This document shows, piece after piece, positions 1 through 9,924 of a stretch of DNA of 64,000 nucleotides. The notes beneath the pieces were generated by a model. It ran no database searches and was not told the origin of the DNA. It was given only the letters and a program-made list of their open reading frames with translations. How positions within the stretch are numbered: the first letter of the stretch is position 1; every line of letters starts with the position of its first letter. Made by a program: the position numbers and the translations under genes. Source of the stretch: an uncultured Campylobacterales bacterium (GTDB lineage: Bacteria > Campylobacterota > Campylobacteria > Campylobacterales > CACVAW01); the NCBI GenBank assembly GCA_902727925.1, contig CACVAW010000040.1:5075-69074 (forward strand), read 5' to 3'.

Positions 1-507
1 GCAAAGACTCAAAGAACTGGCGTATGCAACACAACAGAAACTTTGCTAGTTCATACTGATATAGCAAATAAAATATTACCAAAACTAAAAGCTGAATTTG
101 ATAAGAAAAATACTGAGCTAAGAGGTTGTCAAAATACAACAAAAATATTAGATATAAAAAAAGCAAATAATGAAGATTTTGAAACTGAATATCTTGATAA
201 TATCTTATCTATAAAAGTGGTAGATAGTTTAGATGATGCCATAAAACATATATCTAAATATGGCTCTGGACACTCTGAGGCTATACTAAGTAGTAATTAC
301 TCTAGCATTGAACAATTTCTAAATGAGGTAGATAGTGCTTGTGTATATGCAAATGCTAGTACACGATTTACTGATGGAGCTGTATTTGGCTTTGGTGCTG
401 AAGTTGGAATTAGTACTAATAAACTTCATTCTCGTGGACCTATGGGCATCAATGACCTTACAACATATAAATTTAAGATATATGGTGACGGACAAATAAG
501 AGAGTAA
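1..507 (+). CDS. proA: gamma-glutamyl phosphate reductase, C-terminal part (5' end outside window)
   Basis: Frame 1 is open from nt 1 (AKTQRTGVCNTTETLLVH) into the listed ORF. C-terminal motifs GHSEAI, ASTRFTDG and ISTNKLHSRGPMG are typical of ProA. Confidence 0.85.
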   Translation, partial: AKTQRTGVCNTTETLLVHTDIANKILPKLKAEFDKKNTELRGCQNTTKILDIKKANNEDFETEYLDNILSIKVVDSLDDAIKHISKYGSGHSEAILSSNYSSIEQFLNEVDSACVYANASTRFTDGAVFGFGAEVGISTNKLHSRGPMGINDLTTYKFKIYGDGQIRE

Positions 508-516
508 CCCTCTCTT
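498..516. terminator. hairpin between convergent proA and gltX (possible bidirectional terminator)
   Basis: AAGAGAG-taacc-CTCTCTT forms a 7-bp stem spanning the proA stop codon. Flanks are T/A-rich on both sides. Confidence 0.4.
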
Positions 517-519
517 ATT

Positions 520-1908
520 TTAATTTTCCATAAATGTAAAAAACTTCTCGCTTCTTTTAATTATTTCATCAGTACCAAGAATATATAAAACACTTGATAT
601 TGAAGGGCTATTATGATCTCCTAATAATAATATTCTTAGTGCTGGAGCTACTTTACCCATCTTTAAATCATTTGTTTTTAAAAACTCTTTAAATTTAGTC
701 TCATAGTCTTCTAAAGTATTTGGTCTTTCAATATTAAAAAACTCTATAAAACTTTTTAAAACTTTTATACTATCTTCATTAATATGTTTTTTAATAGACT
801 CATCATTATATGAGTTAGGTGCATTAAGTAATTTATGAATTTCTTCACTAAATTCTTTTAGCGTGTTCACTCTGCTTTTAAAAAGCTCTAGTATTAAGCT
901 TTTATTTTTATTACTACTCAAGTCTAGATCAAACTCTTTTAATAGTTCTAATAAGTTATTTTCTGGCAAAGACTTAATATACTCGCTATTAATCCAATCA
1001 AGTTTACTTGTATTATACGCTGAAGCTGACTTATTAATATCATTTGGATTAAAAAGTTCTATCATCTCTTGCATACTAAAAAGTTCTTGATCTCCATGAC
1101 TCCAACCAAGACGAACTAAAAAATTAAGAAGAGCTTCAGGTAAATATCCAGCTTCTTTGTATTTCATAACATTAACTGCACCATCTCTTTTGCTAAGCTT
1201 CTTACCAGCTTCATTATTAATCATTGGTATATGAAAAAAATTTGGAATATCAAAATCAAGCGCATTATAGATTACTATTTGTTTAGAAGTATTGGATAGA
1301 TGATCCTCACCTCTAATGACATCAGTAATCCCCATAAGAGCATCATCAATAGCCACTACAAAATTGTAAGTTGGCGTTCCATCATCTCTAGCTATAATAA
1401 AATCATCTAATACGTCTTCAGTATAAAGTCTCATATTACCTTTTATACCATCATTAAACTCTATATAACTATCAATTGGAGCTTTTATTCTAACTACAGG
1501 CTTGACATCACTTGGAATTTTCCCTTCATAGTCTCTATATTTTCTATTATATTTAGTTCTTTGTTTGTTTTGTCTTTGAGTTTCTCTTAACTCTTCAAGC
1601 TCATTTTTACTCATATAACAATAATATGCTTTATCCTCGTCTAAAAGTTGTTGTATATATTCTTTATATATATCAAATCTTTTAGACTGAAAGTAAACTT
1701 CATCTGCATTTTCTATACCTACCCAGTTAAAGGCTTTGATAATCTCATCACAAGCTAACTTACTATTTCTTTTAAGATCTGTATCTTCAATTCTAAGTAA
1801 GAACTGTCCATTATTTTTTTTTGCCCAAAGATATGAATATAAAGCTGTTCTAAGTCCACCAATATGAAGGTATCCTGTAGGACTAGGTGCAAATCTAGTT
1901 TTTATCAT
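520..1908 (-). CDS. gltX: glutamate--tRNA ligase
   Basis: 462 aa. It has the class I signature PSPTGYLHIGGLRTA and the KLSKR (KMSKS-type) motif. Confidence 0.95.
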   Translation of the reverse strand: MIKTRFAPSPTGYLHIGGLRTALYSYLWAKKNNGQFLLRIEDTDLKRNSKLACDEIIKAFNWVGIENADEVYFQSKRFDIYKEYIQQLLDEDKAYYCYMSKNELEELRETQRQNKQRTKYNRKYRDYEGKIPSDVKPVVRIKAPIDSYIEFNDGIKGNMRLYTEDVLDDFIIARDDGTPTYNFVVAIDDALMGITDVIRGEDHLSNTSKQIVIYNALDFDIPNFFHIPMINNEAGKKLSKRDGAVNVMKYKEAGYLPEALLNFLVRLGWSHGDQELFSMQEMIELFNPNDINKSASAYNTSKLDWINSEYIKSLPENNLLELLKEFDLDLSSNKNKSLILELFKSRVNTLKEFSEEIHKLLNAPNSYNDESIKKHINEDSIKVLKSFIEFFNIERPNTLEDYETKFKEFLKTNDLKMGKVAPALRILLLGDHNSPSISSVLYILGTDEIIKRSEKFFTFMEN

Positions 1909-1928
1909 AAAAACTCCGTGATATTAAT

Positions 1929-1934
1929 ATTATA
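1929..1934 (-). promoter_or_regulatory. candidate -10 box (TATAAT) for gltX
   Basis: The minus strand reads TATAAT about 20 nt upstream of the gltX ATG. A GGAG Shine-Dalgarno lies at 1914-1917. Confidence 0.3.
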
Positions 1935-1944
1935 TGAATAAATA

Positions 1945-1979
1945 TAAAAAAGAATAGAGGTACTTTAAATGTACCTCTA
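1945..1979 (-). terminator. rho-independent terminator downstream of the OmpA-family gene
   Basis: TAGAGGTAC-7 nt-GTACCTCTA forms a perfect 9-bp stem (1955-1979). On the minus strand it is followed by TTCTTTTTT. Confidence 0.55.
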
Positions 1980-2067
1980 AAAATAGAAAATAAAAAGATT
2001 TACTTTCGTTAGTATCTGATATTTTATCGATATCAAATTGAGATATTGACTGGTGCTTCTCTGTCTT

Positions 2068-2096
2068 ATATATCTTCACTAATTGTGAAGATATAT
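2068..2096. repeat. 12-bp perfect inverted repeat (hairpin) just downstream of the OmpA-family gene stop
   Basis: ATATATCTTCAC-taatt-GTGAAGATATAT. No clean U-run follows on the minus strand. Confidence 0.4.
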
Positions 2097-2121
2097 ATTA
2101 ATTTAGTTTAAATAACTATGT

Positions 2122-3249
2122 TTACGGTACAAAAACTCTAACTTCTACTCTTCTATTTAGTTTTCTAGTTTTTTCTGCTTTATTAGAAGCTACTGGTTCA
2201 AATCCACCCATACCAATAGTTCTTAATCTAGTTTCTTCGATACCTAAGTTAATTAAAGCTTTTTTAACACTACTAGCTCTATTTTCACTTAATGTTATAC
2301 CAACATTTGTTGTTAGGTCAGTTGAAGCGTGACCCTTAATTTGTGCATAATGTTTAGGGAAATCTTTTAAATATTTAGCAAAACTTGCTATATTATCTTC
2401 ATAGTGATTTGCAATACTATATCTGTTTTTAGTGAAAAGAACTTTTAATCCAATTTCAGCAACACAACCATTTTCATCTATTTTATTAATATATTCTGGT
2501 AGTGTATTTACACAAGTATCTTCTGAATCAATAATACCATCACCATCAGTATCAGTATCAGTATCGTTACTTCTTATTGGTTCTACTTCTTTTATTACCG
2601 GAGGAGTTACTACTGTATCTTCTATGCTATTTAGTTCTTCAAGTTCATTAGAAACTGTAGTTTCTTCAACAGATTCTACTAATTCTACTATTTTCTCTTG
2701 ATCATTAGGAGTATCCATTCCACCAAAAGGCATAACTAGACCAGCATATAAATGATATTCTTCTCCCTCACCAAATGTAGTAAATGCTTTACCTTCAAAC
2801 TTAACTGCTAAATTATCTAATAGATAGTATTTAAAACCTGCTCCACCTTGAACATAACCTTGATTAGTAAAACCAAATTCTTCTGTTTCTTCATCAATAA
2901 CTTCATATCCAACACCACCTATAAGGTAGGGTTGAAAATTTTCAGTACCCCAAAAGTCATATATACCATTTATTGATAATCTATAGGCATTTTCAGAATT
3001 AGGAACTAGTCTATCATCTACATTAGTATATTCAAAATCTATTCTTGGTGCTATTGTATCATTAAAAAAACTATGTTTTTTAGACTCAAGTGATAGTTGA
3101 AATGACCCGTGTTCAAAGTCTAAGTCACCACTATTTTTTTGATCAAGAGAGTTTATCCCTATACTTATTCCAGCTTCATAGCTACTATTTGCAGCACTTA
3201 AAAGACCTGCTGCTAAAACCGAAGATATTATTATTTTTTGTAACTTCAT
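2122..3249 (-). CDS. OmpA-family outer membrane protein with thrombospondin type-3-like Ca-binding repeat
   Basis: Signal peptide and an N-terminal beta-barrel-like region. The acidic linker reads DTDTDTDGDGIIDSEDTC. The C-terminal OmpA domain reads ENRASSVKKAL...NRRVEVRV. AGGAGG lies upstream of the ATG. Confidence 0.85.
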   Translation of the reverse strand: MKLQKIIISSVLAAGLLSAANSSYEAGISIGINSLDQKNSGDLDFEHGSFQLSLESKKHSFFNDTIAPRIDFEYTNVDDRLVPNSENAYRLSINGIYDFWGTENFQPYLIGGVGYEVIDEETEEFGFTNQGYVQGGAGFKYYLLDNLAVKFEGKAFTTFGEGEEYHLYAGLVMPFGGMDTPNDQEKIVELVESVEETTVSNELEELNSIEDTVVTPPVIKEVEPIRSNDTDTDTDGDGIIDSEDTCVNTLPEYINKIDENGCVAEIGLKVLFTKNRYSIANHYEDNIASFAKYLKDFPKHYAQIKGHASTDLTTNVGITLSENRASSVKKALINLGIEETRLRTIGMGGFEPVASNKAEKTRKLNRRVEVRVFVP

Positions 3250-3328
3250 GTTACCTCCTAGGAGTGCATTATTTTAAATTTATGATTCCATATTCCATAA
3301 AAATCTTACAAATTGTACAAAGTTTTTC

Positions 3329-4303
3329 TTAAATGGATAGTGATTTTAGCATTTTAGAAAAATCATTATTAAAAGAATTTAAACCATTTGTTAACAATTC
3401 GTCATAAATTTTTCTAATATCAAGTCCAGAATTTAATAAGTTTTTACTCCAATTCATATATTCATCTTCGTTAACTTTACCTTTAATATCTACACTTTTA
3501 TTTTTATAAAAAGCTTTGAATGTTTCAAGAGGTGCTGTGTTGATTGATTCAGAGTAAAGTAACTCTTTTATATAATAATCTTTACTTTGATCGTTATCTT
3601 TCATACTTGTACTTGCAAACAGTGTTCTAGTATTTTTTAAGTTTGATTCTTGAATAAGAGAATATATATATTCAGCATTAACAATACCAAATCTATTTTT
3701 TTCATATTTATTTTTTGTTAATGCTTCATTAAGAAGTCTATCAAACCTAGATACAAACACACTGATAACTGTCTTTGAGTTTTGATTCGAAAATACTTCA
3801 AGACATTTGAGAGCTTGAGTAGGAGAAAATACAAGTGTTGCATTTACATTAATACCATCTTCACTTAGCTTTTTCATAGCTTCAAATCCAGAGGAAGTAG
3901 CTGGTACTTTTATCATTACATTTTTTTTGCCTATTTCGTTATATAATCTTTTACCCTCTTCTATAGTTCCTTTAGCATCATGACAAAGTTCTGGATTAAC
4001 TTCTATACTAATAAACCCATTGTCTTTATTTTCTTTATATAAAGATGAAAGTAAATCAGCAGCTAAACTAATATCTTTAATAGCAAGATATTCATAAATC
4101 TCTTTTTGAGATTTTGCTTTTTGCTTTTTAATATCTTCTTTATATTCCTCATTTGAAAATGCTTTTTTAAATATTGATGGATTGCTAGTAGCTCCATTTA
4201 TTTTTTCTGAACTGATGAGTTCTTTAAATTCTGTTTGTAAAAAATCTCTTTGAATGAAATCACACCAAATTGAGAAATTATTTTTCTTTAGTTTTTCTAT
4301 CAT
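3329..4303 (-). CDS. tal: transaldolase
   Basis: 324 aa. GATSNPSIF and MIKVPAT (Schiff-base Lys region) motifs are present. Confidence 0.8.
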   Translation of the reverse strand: MIEKLKKNNFSIWCDFIQRDFLQTEFKELISSEKINGATSNPSIFKKAFSNEEYKEDIKKQKAKSQKEIYEYLAIKDISLAADLLSSLYKENKDNGFISIEVNPELCHDAKGTIEEGKRLYNEIGKKNVMIKVPATSSGFEAMKKLSEDGINVNATLVFSPTQALKCLEVFSNQNSKTVISVFVSRFDRLLNEALTKNKYEKNRFGIVNAEYIYSLIQESNLKNTRTLFASTSMKDNDQSKDYYIKELLYSESINTAPLETFKAFYKNKSVDIKGKVNEDEYMNWSKNLLNSGLDIRKIYDELLTNGLNSFNNDFSKMLKSLSI

Positions 4304-4305
4304 TT

Positions 4306-4926
4306 TTATATCCTATTTAATATTTGAGTTAAGTCTTTTGTATCTATTGTGATCGTTGCGGCGTCTCTAAGTATAGGCTTAGCACAAAAAGCCACTCTTG
4401 TCTCAGCATACTTAAACATAGAAAGATCATTTGCCCCGTCACCTACGGCTATAGTATTTGCCTTATTAATATTTAATAATTTTTGAAGCTTTTGAATTAA
4501 CACTCCTTTACTATATCCAAACATCATCTCTCCACCTACATTACCACTAAGCTTAGCATCCTGTACTTCAAATGTATTAGCAAAATCGGCGTCACATCCA
4601 AGCTTCTGGCTATAATAAGAGGTAGCATTAACAAATCCACCACTAAATATAACTACAGTGTATCCTCTTTGCTTAAGTTCACTTATACACTCTGTTGCTC
4701 CGTTCATCAAAGGTAAGTTATGACAAATTTCATTTATTTTAGACTCTTTTATACCTTTAAAAAGTTTAGCTCTTGAAACTAAACTCTCATAAAACTCTAA
4801 TTTGCCTTGCATCCCTCTTTCTGTAATCTTTGCAACTTCTTTACCTAATCCTAACTCATCTGCGATAATGTCCATGGTCTCACCATCCATTAAGGTAGAA
4901 TCAAAATCAAATACACACAACTTCAT
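4306..4926 (-). CDS. serB: phosphoserine phosphatase (HAD family)
   Basis: HAD motif I is FDFDSTL, the SGG motif is present, and motif IV is GDGANDL. 206 aa. Confidence 0.8.
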   Translation of the reverse strand: MKLCVFDFDSTLMDGETMDIIADELGLGKEVAKITERGMQGKLEFYESLVSRAKLFKGIKESKINEICHNLPLMNGATECISELKQRGYTVVIFSGGFVNATSYYSQKLGCDADFANTFEVQDAKLSGNVGGEMMFGYSKGVLIQKLQKLLNINKANTIAVGDGANDLSMFKYAETRVAFCAKPILRDAATITIDTKDLTQILNRI

Positions 4927-4996
4927 ACCATACTCCCAAGTTTATTCAATTCTGATATAATAACATCTATTTTTTATAAAGGCTATTTTAATTATT

Positions 4997-5902
4997 ATGT
5001 TTGAAAAGTTCATAAACAAATTAAAAAATGATAAATATATCACCGTAGAAATAACTCCACCAAAATCTGCTGATATAAACTCGACTATAAACAAAATAGA
5101 TACTCTTGATTTTACTAAATATATAGATGGCTTTAGTGTTACAGATAGTCCCCTAGCAAAACTAAAGTACAGCCCTATCATAGCTTCTTATAAGATACAA
5201 CAAGCCCTGAAAAAACCTGTAATAGCCACTATGAATATGAGAGACAAAAACAAAATAGCCCTTCAATCTGACTTACTGGCTGGAAATGACCTTGATGTAA
5301 GATCTATACTTGCTCTTACTGGTGACCCTGTAAGTATCAGTGATCAACCCAAACCAAAAGGTGTATTTGAAGGAACAAGTTCACTTTTACTTGATATTAT
5401 AAATAACTTTAACAATAATATAGACTTAGCAGGGAAACCTATATCTCCAAGTTTAAATACAATATACTCTTACGCAGTGACCAATTCTTATACCAATAAA
5501 CCAGAATTTTTAACAAAAAAAATAGCTAAAAAACTTGAAAAAAATCTAGTAGGTATCATCTCACAACCAGTATTTAGCAAAGACGAAGCAAAAAGCTTAA
5601 TAAAGATTTTTGAAGATGCCTCTGAAATATCACAAAATCATCAAACACAACTTATTTTAGGGTTTTTCCCAATTTTGAGTTTAAAGACTGCTATCTTTTT
5701 GAATGACAAAGTTCCTCATATCAAAGTTCCAAGTTTTTGGATACAAAGCCTTAGCCTTGCAAAAACACCAAAAGAAGAGTTTGATATTGGTATGAAATTA
5801 AGTATAGATCTATTTAATGAGCTAAAAGAACTTCATCCCAAAATACATATAATGTCAGTTAATAAATTTGATATTGTAAAAGATATACTTATTAATTCTT
5901 AA
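4997..5902 (+). CDS. methylenetetrahydrofolate reductase-like protein
   Basis: The N-terminus is YITVEITPPKS...FSVTDSPL, and ALTGDP is present. The TIM-barrel MTHFR-like pattern is divergent. Confidence 0.55.
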   Translation: MFEKFINKLKNDKYITVEITPPKSADINSTINKIDTLDFTKYIDGFSVTDSPLAKLKYSPIIASYKIQQALKKPVIATMNMRDKNKIALQSDLLAGNDLDVRSILALTGDPVSISDQPKPKGVFEGTSSLLLDIINNFNNNIDLAGKPISPSLNTIYSYAVTNSYTNKPEFLTKKIAKKLEKNLVGIISQPVFSKDEAKSLIKIFEDASEISQNHQTQLILGFFPILSLKTAIFLNDKVPHIKVPSFWIQSLSLAKTPKEEFDIGMKLSIDLFNELKELHPKIHIMSVNKFDIVKDILINS

Positions 5903-6955
5903 ATGCAATATTTAGAGTATTTTCATAACTTAAGTTTTAACAAAACTAATTTTTTTCATAGAAAAATCTCTATACAATCAAGTAAAACACTTCTCATAGG
6001 ACCACCTAATTCAGGTAAAAGCTCTTTGATTTATGAATACCTGTCTAATAAAACAGATTTTTTATATCTTGACTTAAATGATATTAGACTTAATACAAAA
6101 ACTTTATATTTGGATTTAATAAATTTCATTCAAAAATTTCATATAAAAACTCTAGTGATAGAAAACTTTGATGAAACATTAAAACTTCCAAATATTGACA
6201 ACATAATACTCTCAAGTATAAAGCCTATAAATATAAAAAATTTTAAAAAAATAGAAGTAAACCCTCTAGATTTTGAAGAGTTTATATCTTTTGAAAAAAA
6301 GTTTATTGATGAAGAAACTTGTTTTAACCACTTCTTTAGTCACGGTTCACTGCCTAGATTATACCAAGAAACAAACTTCCACAACAACTATCAAAAAAAA
6401 TTACAAACTTTTTTATCTAATCCACAACTAAAAATACTCCAAGAACTTTCTTTAAATATGGGAATGAAAAGCTCAATGCTATCAATCTATAATAATCTAA
6501 AAAAACAAAATATCAAAATATCAAAAGATAAACTATATCAAGAAGTAAACTACTTTAAAGATTTAAAAATAATATTTGCATTACAGAAGTGGAATTCAGA
6601 AAAAAGCCCACATAGAATTTATCTGTTTGATTTCATATTAAAAGAAGTACTAACAACAACTTCAAATATATTCAAAAAACTTGAAAATATAATATTTCTT
6701 GAATTAATACATAACAAAAAAGAGATTTTTTATACTGATAATATTAGTTTTTATTTACCAGATGAAAATAGAGCTATTGTGTCAATACCTTTTATAAGCG
6801 ATATAAAAACTATACAAAATAACAAAAACCTAAATAAAGAACTAAAATCTTTAAATATTAAAAAACTTGAAGTTATTTCATTAGGATTTAAGTACTCAAG
6901 TTCAAATTTAGAGATTTTACCATTTTGGGAGTGGGCTACGCTTAACTCTCTTTAG
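5903..6955 (+). CDS. P-loop ATPase (AAA-like), function unknown
   Basis: Walker A is LLIGPPNSGKSS. The gene starts on the nt after the previous stop. 350 aa. Confidence 0.6.
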   Translation: MQYLEYFHNLSFNKTNFFHRKISIQSSKTLLIGPPNSGKSSLIYEYLSNKTDFLYLDLNDIRLNTKTLYLDLINFIQKFHIKTLVIENFDETLKLPNIDNIILSSIKPINIKNFKKIEVNPLDFEEFISFEKKFIDEETCFNHFFSHGSLPRLYQETNFHNNYQKKLQTFLSNPQLKILQELSLNMGMKSSMLSIYNNLKKQNIKISKDKLYQEVNYFKDLKIIFALQKWNSEKSPHRIYLFDFILKEVLTTTSNIFKKLENIIFLELIHNKKEIFYTDNISFYLPDENRAIVSIPFISDIKTIQNNKNLNKELKSLNIKKLEVISLGFKYSSSNLEILPFWEWATLNSL

Positions 6956-7775
6956 AATGATTATAAAAATAATTTGTAGCTTCAATAAAGCCATCAACAC
7001 TACCACAATCAAATCTTTTGCCATCAAACTTATAAGCGATAACTTTACCTTTCTTTGCTTGAGTCAAAAGTGCATCTGTTATTTGAATTTCACCTGCTTT
7101 CCCAGGCTTTGTATCTCTTAAGATATCAAATATATCAGGTGTTAATATATATCTTCCTATTATCGCCATATTTGAGGGAGCATCTTCGCGTGAGGGTTTT
7201 TCTACCATATCAGAGACTCTGTATATATTTGTTTCTAACTCGTCTGCTTTTATTACTCCGTACTTGTGTATCTCATCAGCTGGCACTTCTTCAATAGCTA
7301 CAACCGAACACTTGTATTTTTCATATACTTTAACCATCTGAGAGAGTACTGTATTCCCCTCTTTATTGTGACACAAGTCATCTGCTAAAAGTACAGCAAA
7401 GCTTTCTTGCCCAATTAATGTCTCACCACAAAGAATTGCGTGACCTAGTCCTCGCATATGATTTTGTCTAGTATAACTAAAGGTACATCCATCAATAACA
7501 TCTCTAATATCATTCAAAAGATGCTCTTTAGAGGTTCCTTTTATTTGATGTTCAAGCTCGTAACTAATATCAAAATGATCTTCAATCGCGCGTTTACCTC
7601 TTCCTGTTATTATTCCCATAGTATTGATTCCAGCTTTTATAGCCTCTTCAACTCCGTACTGAATAAGTGGTTTTGTAAGTACAGGTAACATCTCTTTAGG
7701 CATTGCTTTTGTAGCAGGTAAAAATCTTGTACCATATCCAGCAGCTGGGAATAAACATTTATTAATTTTTGACAT
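6942..7775 (-). CDS. galU: UTP--glucose-1-phosphate uridylyltransferase
   Basis: The N-terminus is FPAAGYGTRFLPATKAMPKEMLPV, with VEKP downstream. Confidence 0.9.
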   Translation of the reverse strand: MSKINKCLFPAAGYGTRFLPATKAMPKEMLPVLTKPLIQYGVEEAIKAGINTMGIITGRGKRAIEDHFDISYELEHQIKGTSKEHLLNDIRDVIDGCTFSYTRQNHMRGLGHAILCGETLIGQESFAVLLADDLCHNKEGNTVLSQMVKVYEKYKCSVVAIEEVPADEIHKYGVIKADELETNIYRVSDMVEKPSREDAPSNMAIIGRYILTPDIFDILRDTKPGKAGEIQITDALLTQAKKGKVIAYKFDGKRFDCGSVDGFIEATNYFYNHSKES

Positions 7776-7776
7776 T

Positions 7777-9012
7777 TTAATCCTTCAATATATTTTGTAG
7801 TTTTGTTTTTAGTATCTTTTTACCTGCTTCAACTCCAGGCTGATTATAAGTATTAACTCCCAAAAATTCCCCAACTAAAGAAGTAAGTAATTCATAATAA
7901 TAGATAAGTTTTCCAATTGAACGTTCATTAATATGGTCTATTTCTATAATATCAACGGGAATATCAGATTTGTATAATAAAGACTCAACGATAGAATCAG
8001 CTTGCATATTTATAATCGTTTCAAATTCAAGATTATTAATATTATCTAAACCCTCTAAGAACTTCATCTTAATATCTGGAACCTTTAAATCACTCACAAA
8101 ATCATTAACTTTAATAAATGTAATACTTTTATCTCTTGGTCCATCTTCAATGAGTTGTAAGAATGAATGCTGATCTTTAGGGCCTATTAGTCCTATAGGA
8201 GTAAGTCCTACATTTAATTGTGAATTAGTCTGCTTTTTACCTAGACTCTCACCCCAAAGTTGAACATACCAACTAACAAAATATTTAAGTCTTTCACTAT
8301 ACGCGAATATACAGTTATTAGGATGTTTATCAAAATGACTAGCCATAAAAGATGCTTTTTTCTGTAAAGTTTGATTAATCTCACCATTATTAAAAAATTC
8401 TTTTTTGACTTCATTTGCTCCTGATAAAATTTCTTTTACATCAATTCCTGCTAAAGCTAAAGGGATAAGTCCAACACTTGAAAGTACAGAAAACCTCCCA
8501 CCAATATTAGCTTGAATATTAACTACATTAAACCCTTCATTGTTTGCATACTTTTGAAGATTAGAACCCTCATCTGTAATAAATGTAAAATACTCTTTCA
8601 AATCCAAGTTCAAGCTACACAATTTTTGATAAACATACTTATATATTGATATCGTTTCTATAGTATTTCCTGACTTTGAAATTATCATAAAATGAGCTTT
8701 AACAAGATTAAAACTCTCTAACATCTCTTTTAAAAACAAGGGATCGGTACTATCTAGAAAAACCATTCTTTTAGTTAAATTTTCATCATATCTTAAAAAA
8801 TCATATATAGCTTGAATACCTAAGCTACTTCCACCTATTCCTATTATCACTATTGTTTCTATATCTTTATTATCAAATTTCTTTAAATAGTTTTTAATAT
8901 AAGTGATATCTTGATTAGGTAAATCATAATAACCAATAGTATCTTTTTCTTTTACTAATTTATCTGTAGCATCAACAACTTCATTTATATTAAAGTATAA
9001 TTCATTTTTCAT
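7777..9012 (-). CDS. pgi: glucose-6-phosphate isomerase
   Basis: 411 aa. The SIS-domain motif is IGIGGSSLG, followed by GGRFSVLSSVG. It is adjacent to galU. Confidence 0.88.
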   Translation of the reverse strand: MKNELYFNINEVVDATDKLVKEKDTIGYYDLPNQDITYIKNYLKKFDNKDIETIVIIGIGGSSLGIQAIYDFLRYDENLTKRMVFLDSTDPLFLKEMLESFNLVKAHFMIISKSGNTIETISIYKYVYQKLCSLNLDLKEYFTFITDEGSNLQKYANNEGFNVVNIQANIGGRFSVLSSVGLIPLALAGIDVKEILSGANEVKKEFFNNGEINQTLQKKASFMASHFDKHPNNCIFAYSERLKYFVSWYVQLWGESLGKKQTNSQLNVGLTPIGLIGPKDQHSFLQLIEDGPRDKSITFIKVNDFVSDLKVPDIKMKFLEGLDNINNLEFETIINMQADSIVESLLYKSDIPVDIIEIDHINERSIGKLIYYYELLTSLVGEFLGVNTYNQPGVEAGKKILKTKLQNILKD

Positions 9013-9111
9013 ATTTAAAACTTTGTATTTTTATATTTATTATGCCAATAAATACTTATTAATAAATAAGTTTTGCTAACATTAAGATGTTTTATTAAAT
9101 AAAGGGTTGTT

Positions 9112-9924
9112 TTGAAATTTTCACTTCTTATTTCTATATATCATAAAGAAAACTCACTTTATTTTGATGAAGCGATGCTCTCAATACAAAATCAAACAAT
9201 ACAACCAAACCAAATTGTATTAGTAGAGGACGGAATACTAACAGACTCTTTATATTTAATAATAGATAAGTACAAAAATATTTTCAAAGACAAATTAACT
9301 ATTGTAAAACTACCAAAAAATAAGGGTCTTGGAACTGCATTAAACATAGGAATGCAAGAATGTATCTATAATCTAATCGCTAGAATGGATACAGACGATA
9401 TAGCACTCCCAAATAGGTTTGAGAAACAAATTGAAATATTTAAAAACAGTGATATTGATATCTGTAGTTCTTGGATTTCTGAATTTGTAGATACTCCACA
9501 CAATATAATATCTTACAGAAAATTACCCTCATCACATTCAGATATCATAAAGTTCGCTAAAAAGAGATCTCCTATAAATCATCCAGCTGTAATGTATAAA
9601 AAAGAAGCTGTACAAAAAGCTGGTGAATACAAGAAAATGTTAGGCTTTGAAGATTATTACTTATGGGTAAGAATGATATTAGCAGGTTCGAAGTTCTACA
9701 ATATTGAAGAACCTTTAGTCAATATGAGAATAAATAATCAAATACAAAGAAGAAGAGGATTCAAATACGCCTTAAATGAAATAAAATTATATAAAGAATT
9801 TTTAAACTTAGGGTTTTTAAACTTTTTTGAATTTTTACAAAATATTTGTATCAGATTAACGATAAGAATACTTCCAACAAAAATAGTAAAAATATTCTAT
9901 AACTATTTAAGAGCTTCTAAATAG
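9112..9924 (+). CDS. family 2 glycosyltransferase
   Basis: TTG start. The N-terminus SLLISIYHKE...DDGILTD and the RMDTDD (DxD-type) motif are present. Confidence 0.8.
   Translation: MKFSLLISIYHKENSLYFDEAMLSIQNQTIQPNQIVLVEDGILTDSLYLIIDKYKNIFKDKLTIVKLPKNKGLGTALNIGMQECIYNLIARMDTDDIALPNRFEKQIEIFKNSDIDICSSWISEFVDTPHNIISYRKLPSSHSDIIKFAKKRSPINHPAVMYKKEAVQKAGEYKKMLGFEDYYLWVRMILAGSKFYNIEEPLVNMRINNQIQRRRGFKYALNEIKLYKEFLNLGFLNFFEFLQNICIRLTIRILPTKIVKIFYNYLRASK

Noticed and set aside
4942-5181. A 79-aa minus-strand ORF spans the serB/MTHFR-like divergent promoter. Similar ORFs occur at 53523..53759 and 54784..55059.
   Set aside because: They overlap better-supported plus-strand genes and promoter regions, and are hydrophobic low-complexity translations of AT-rich sequence.
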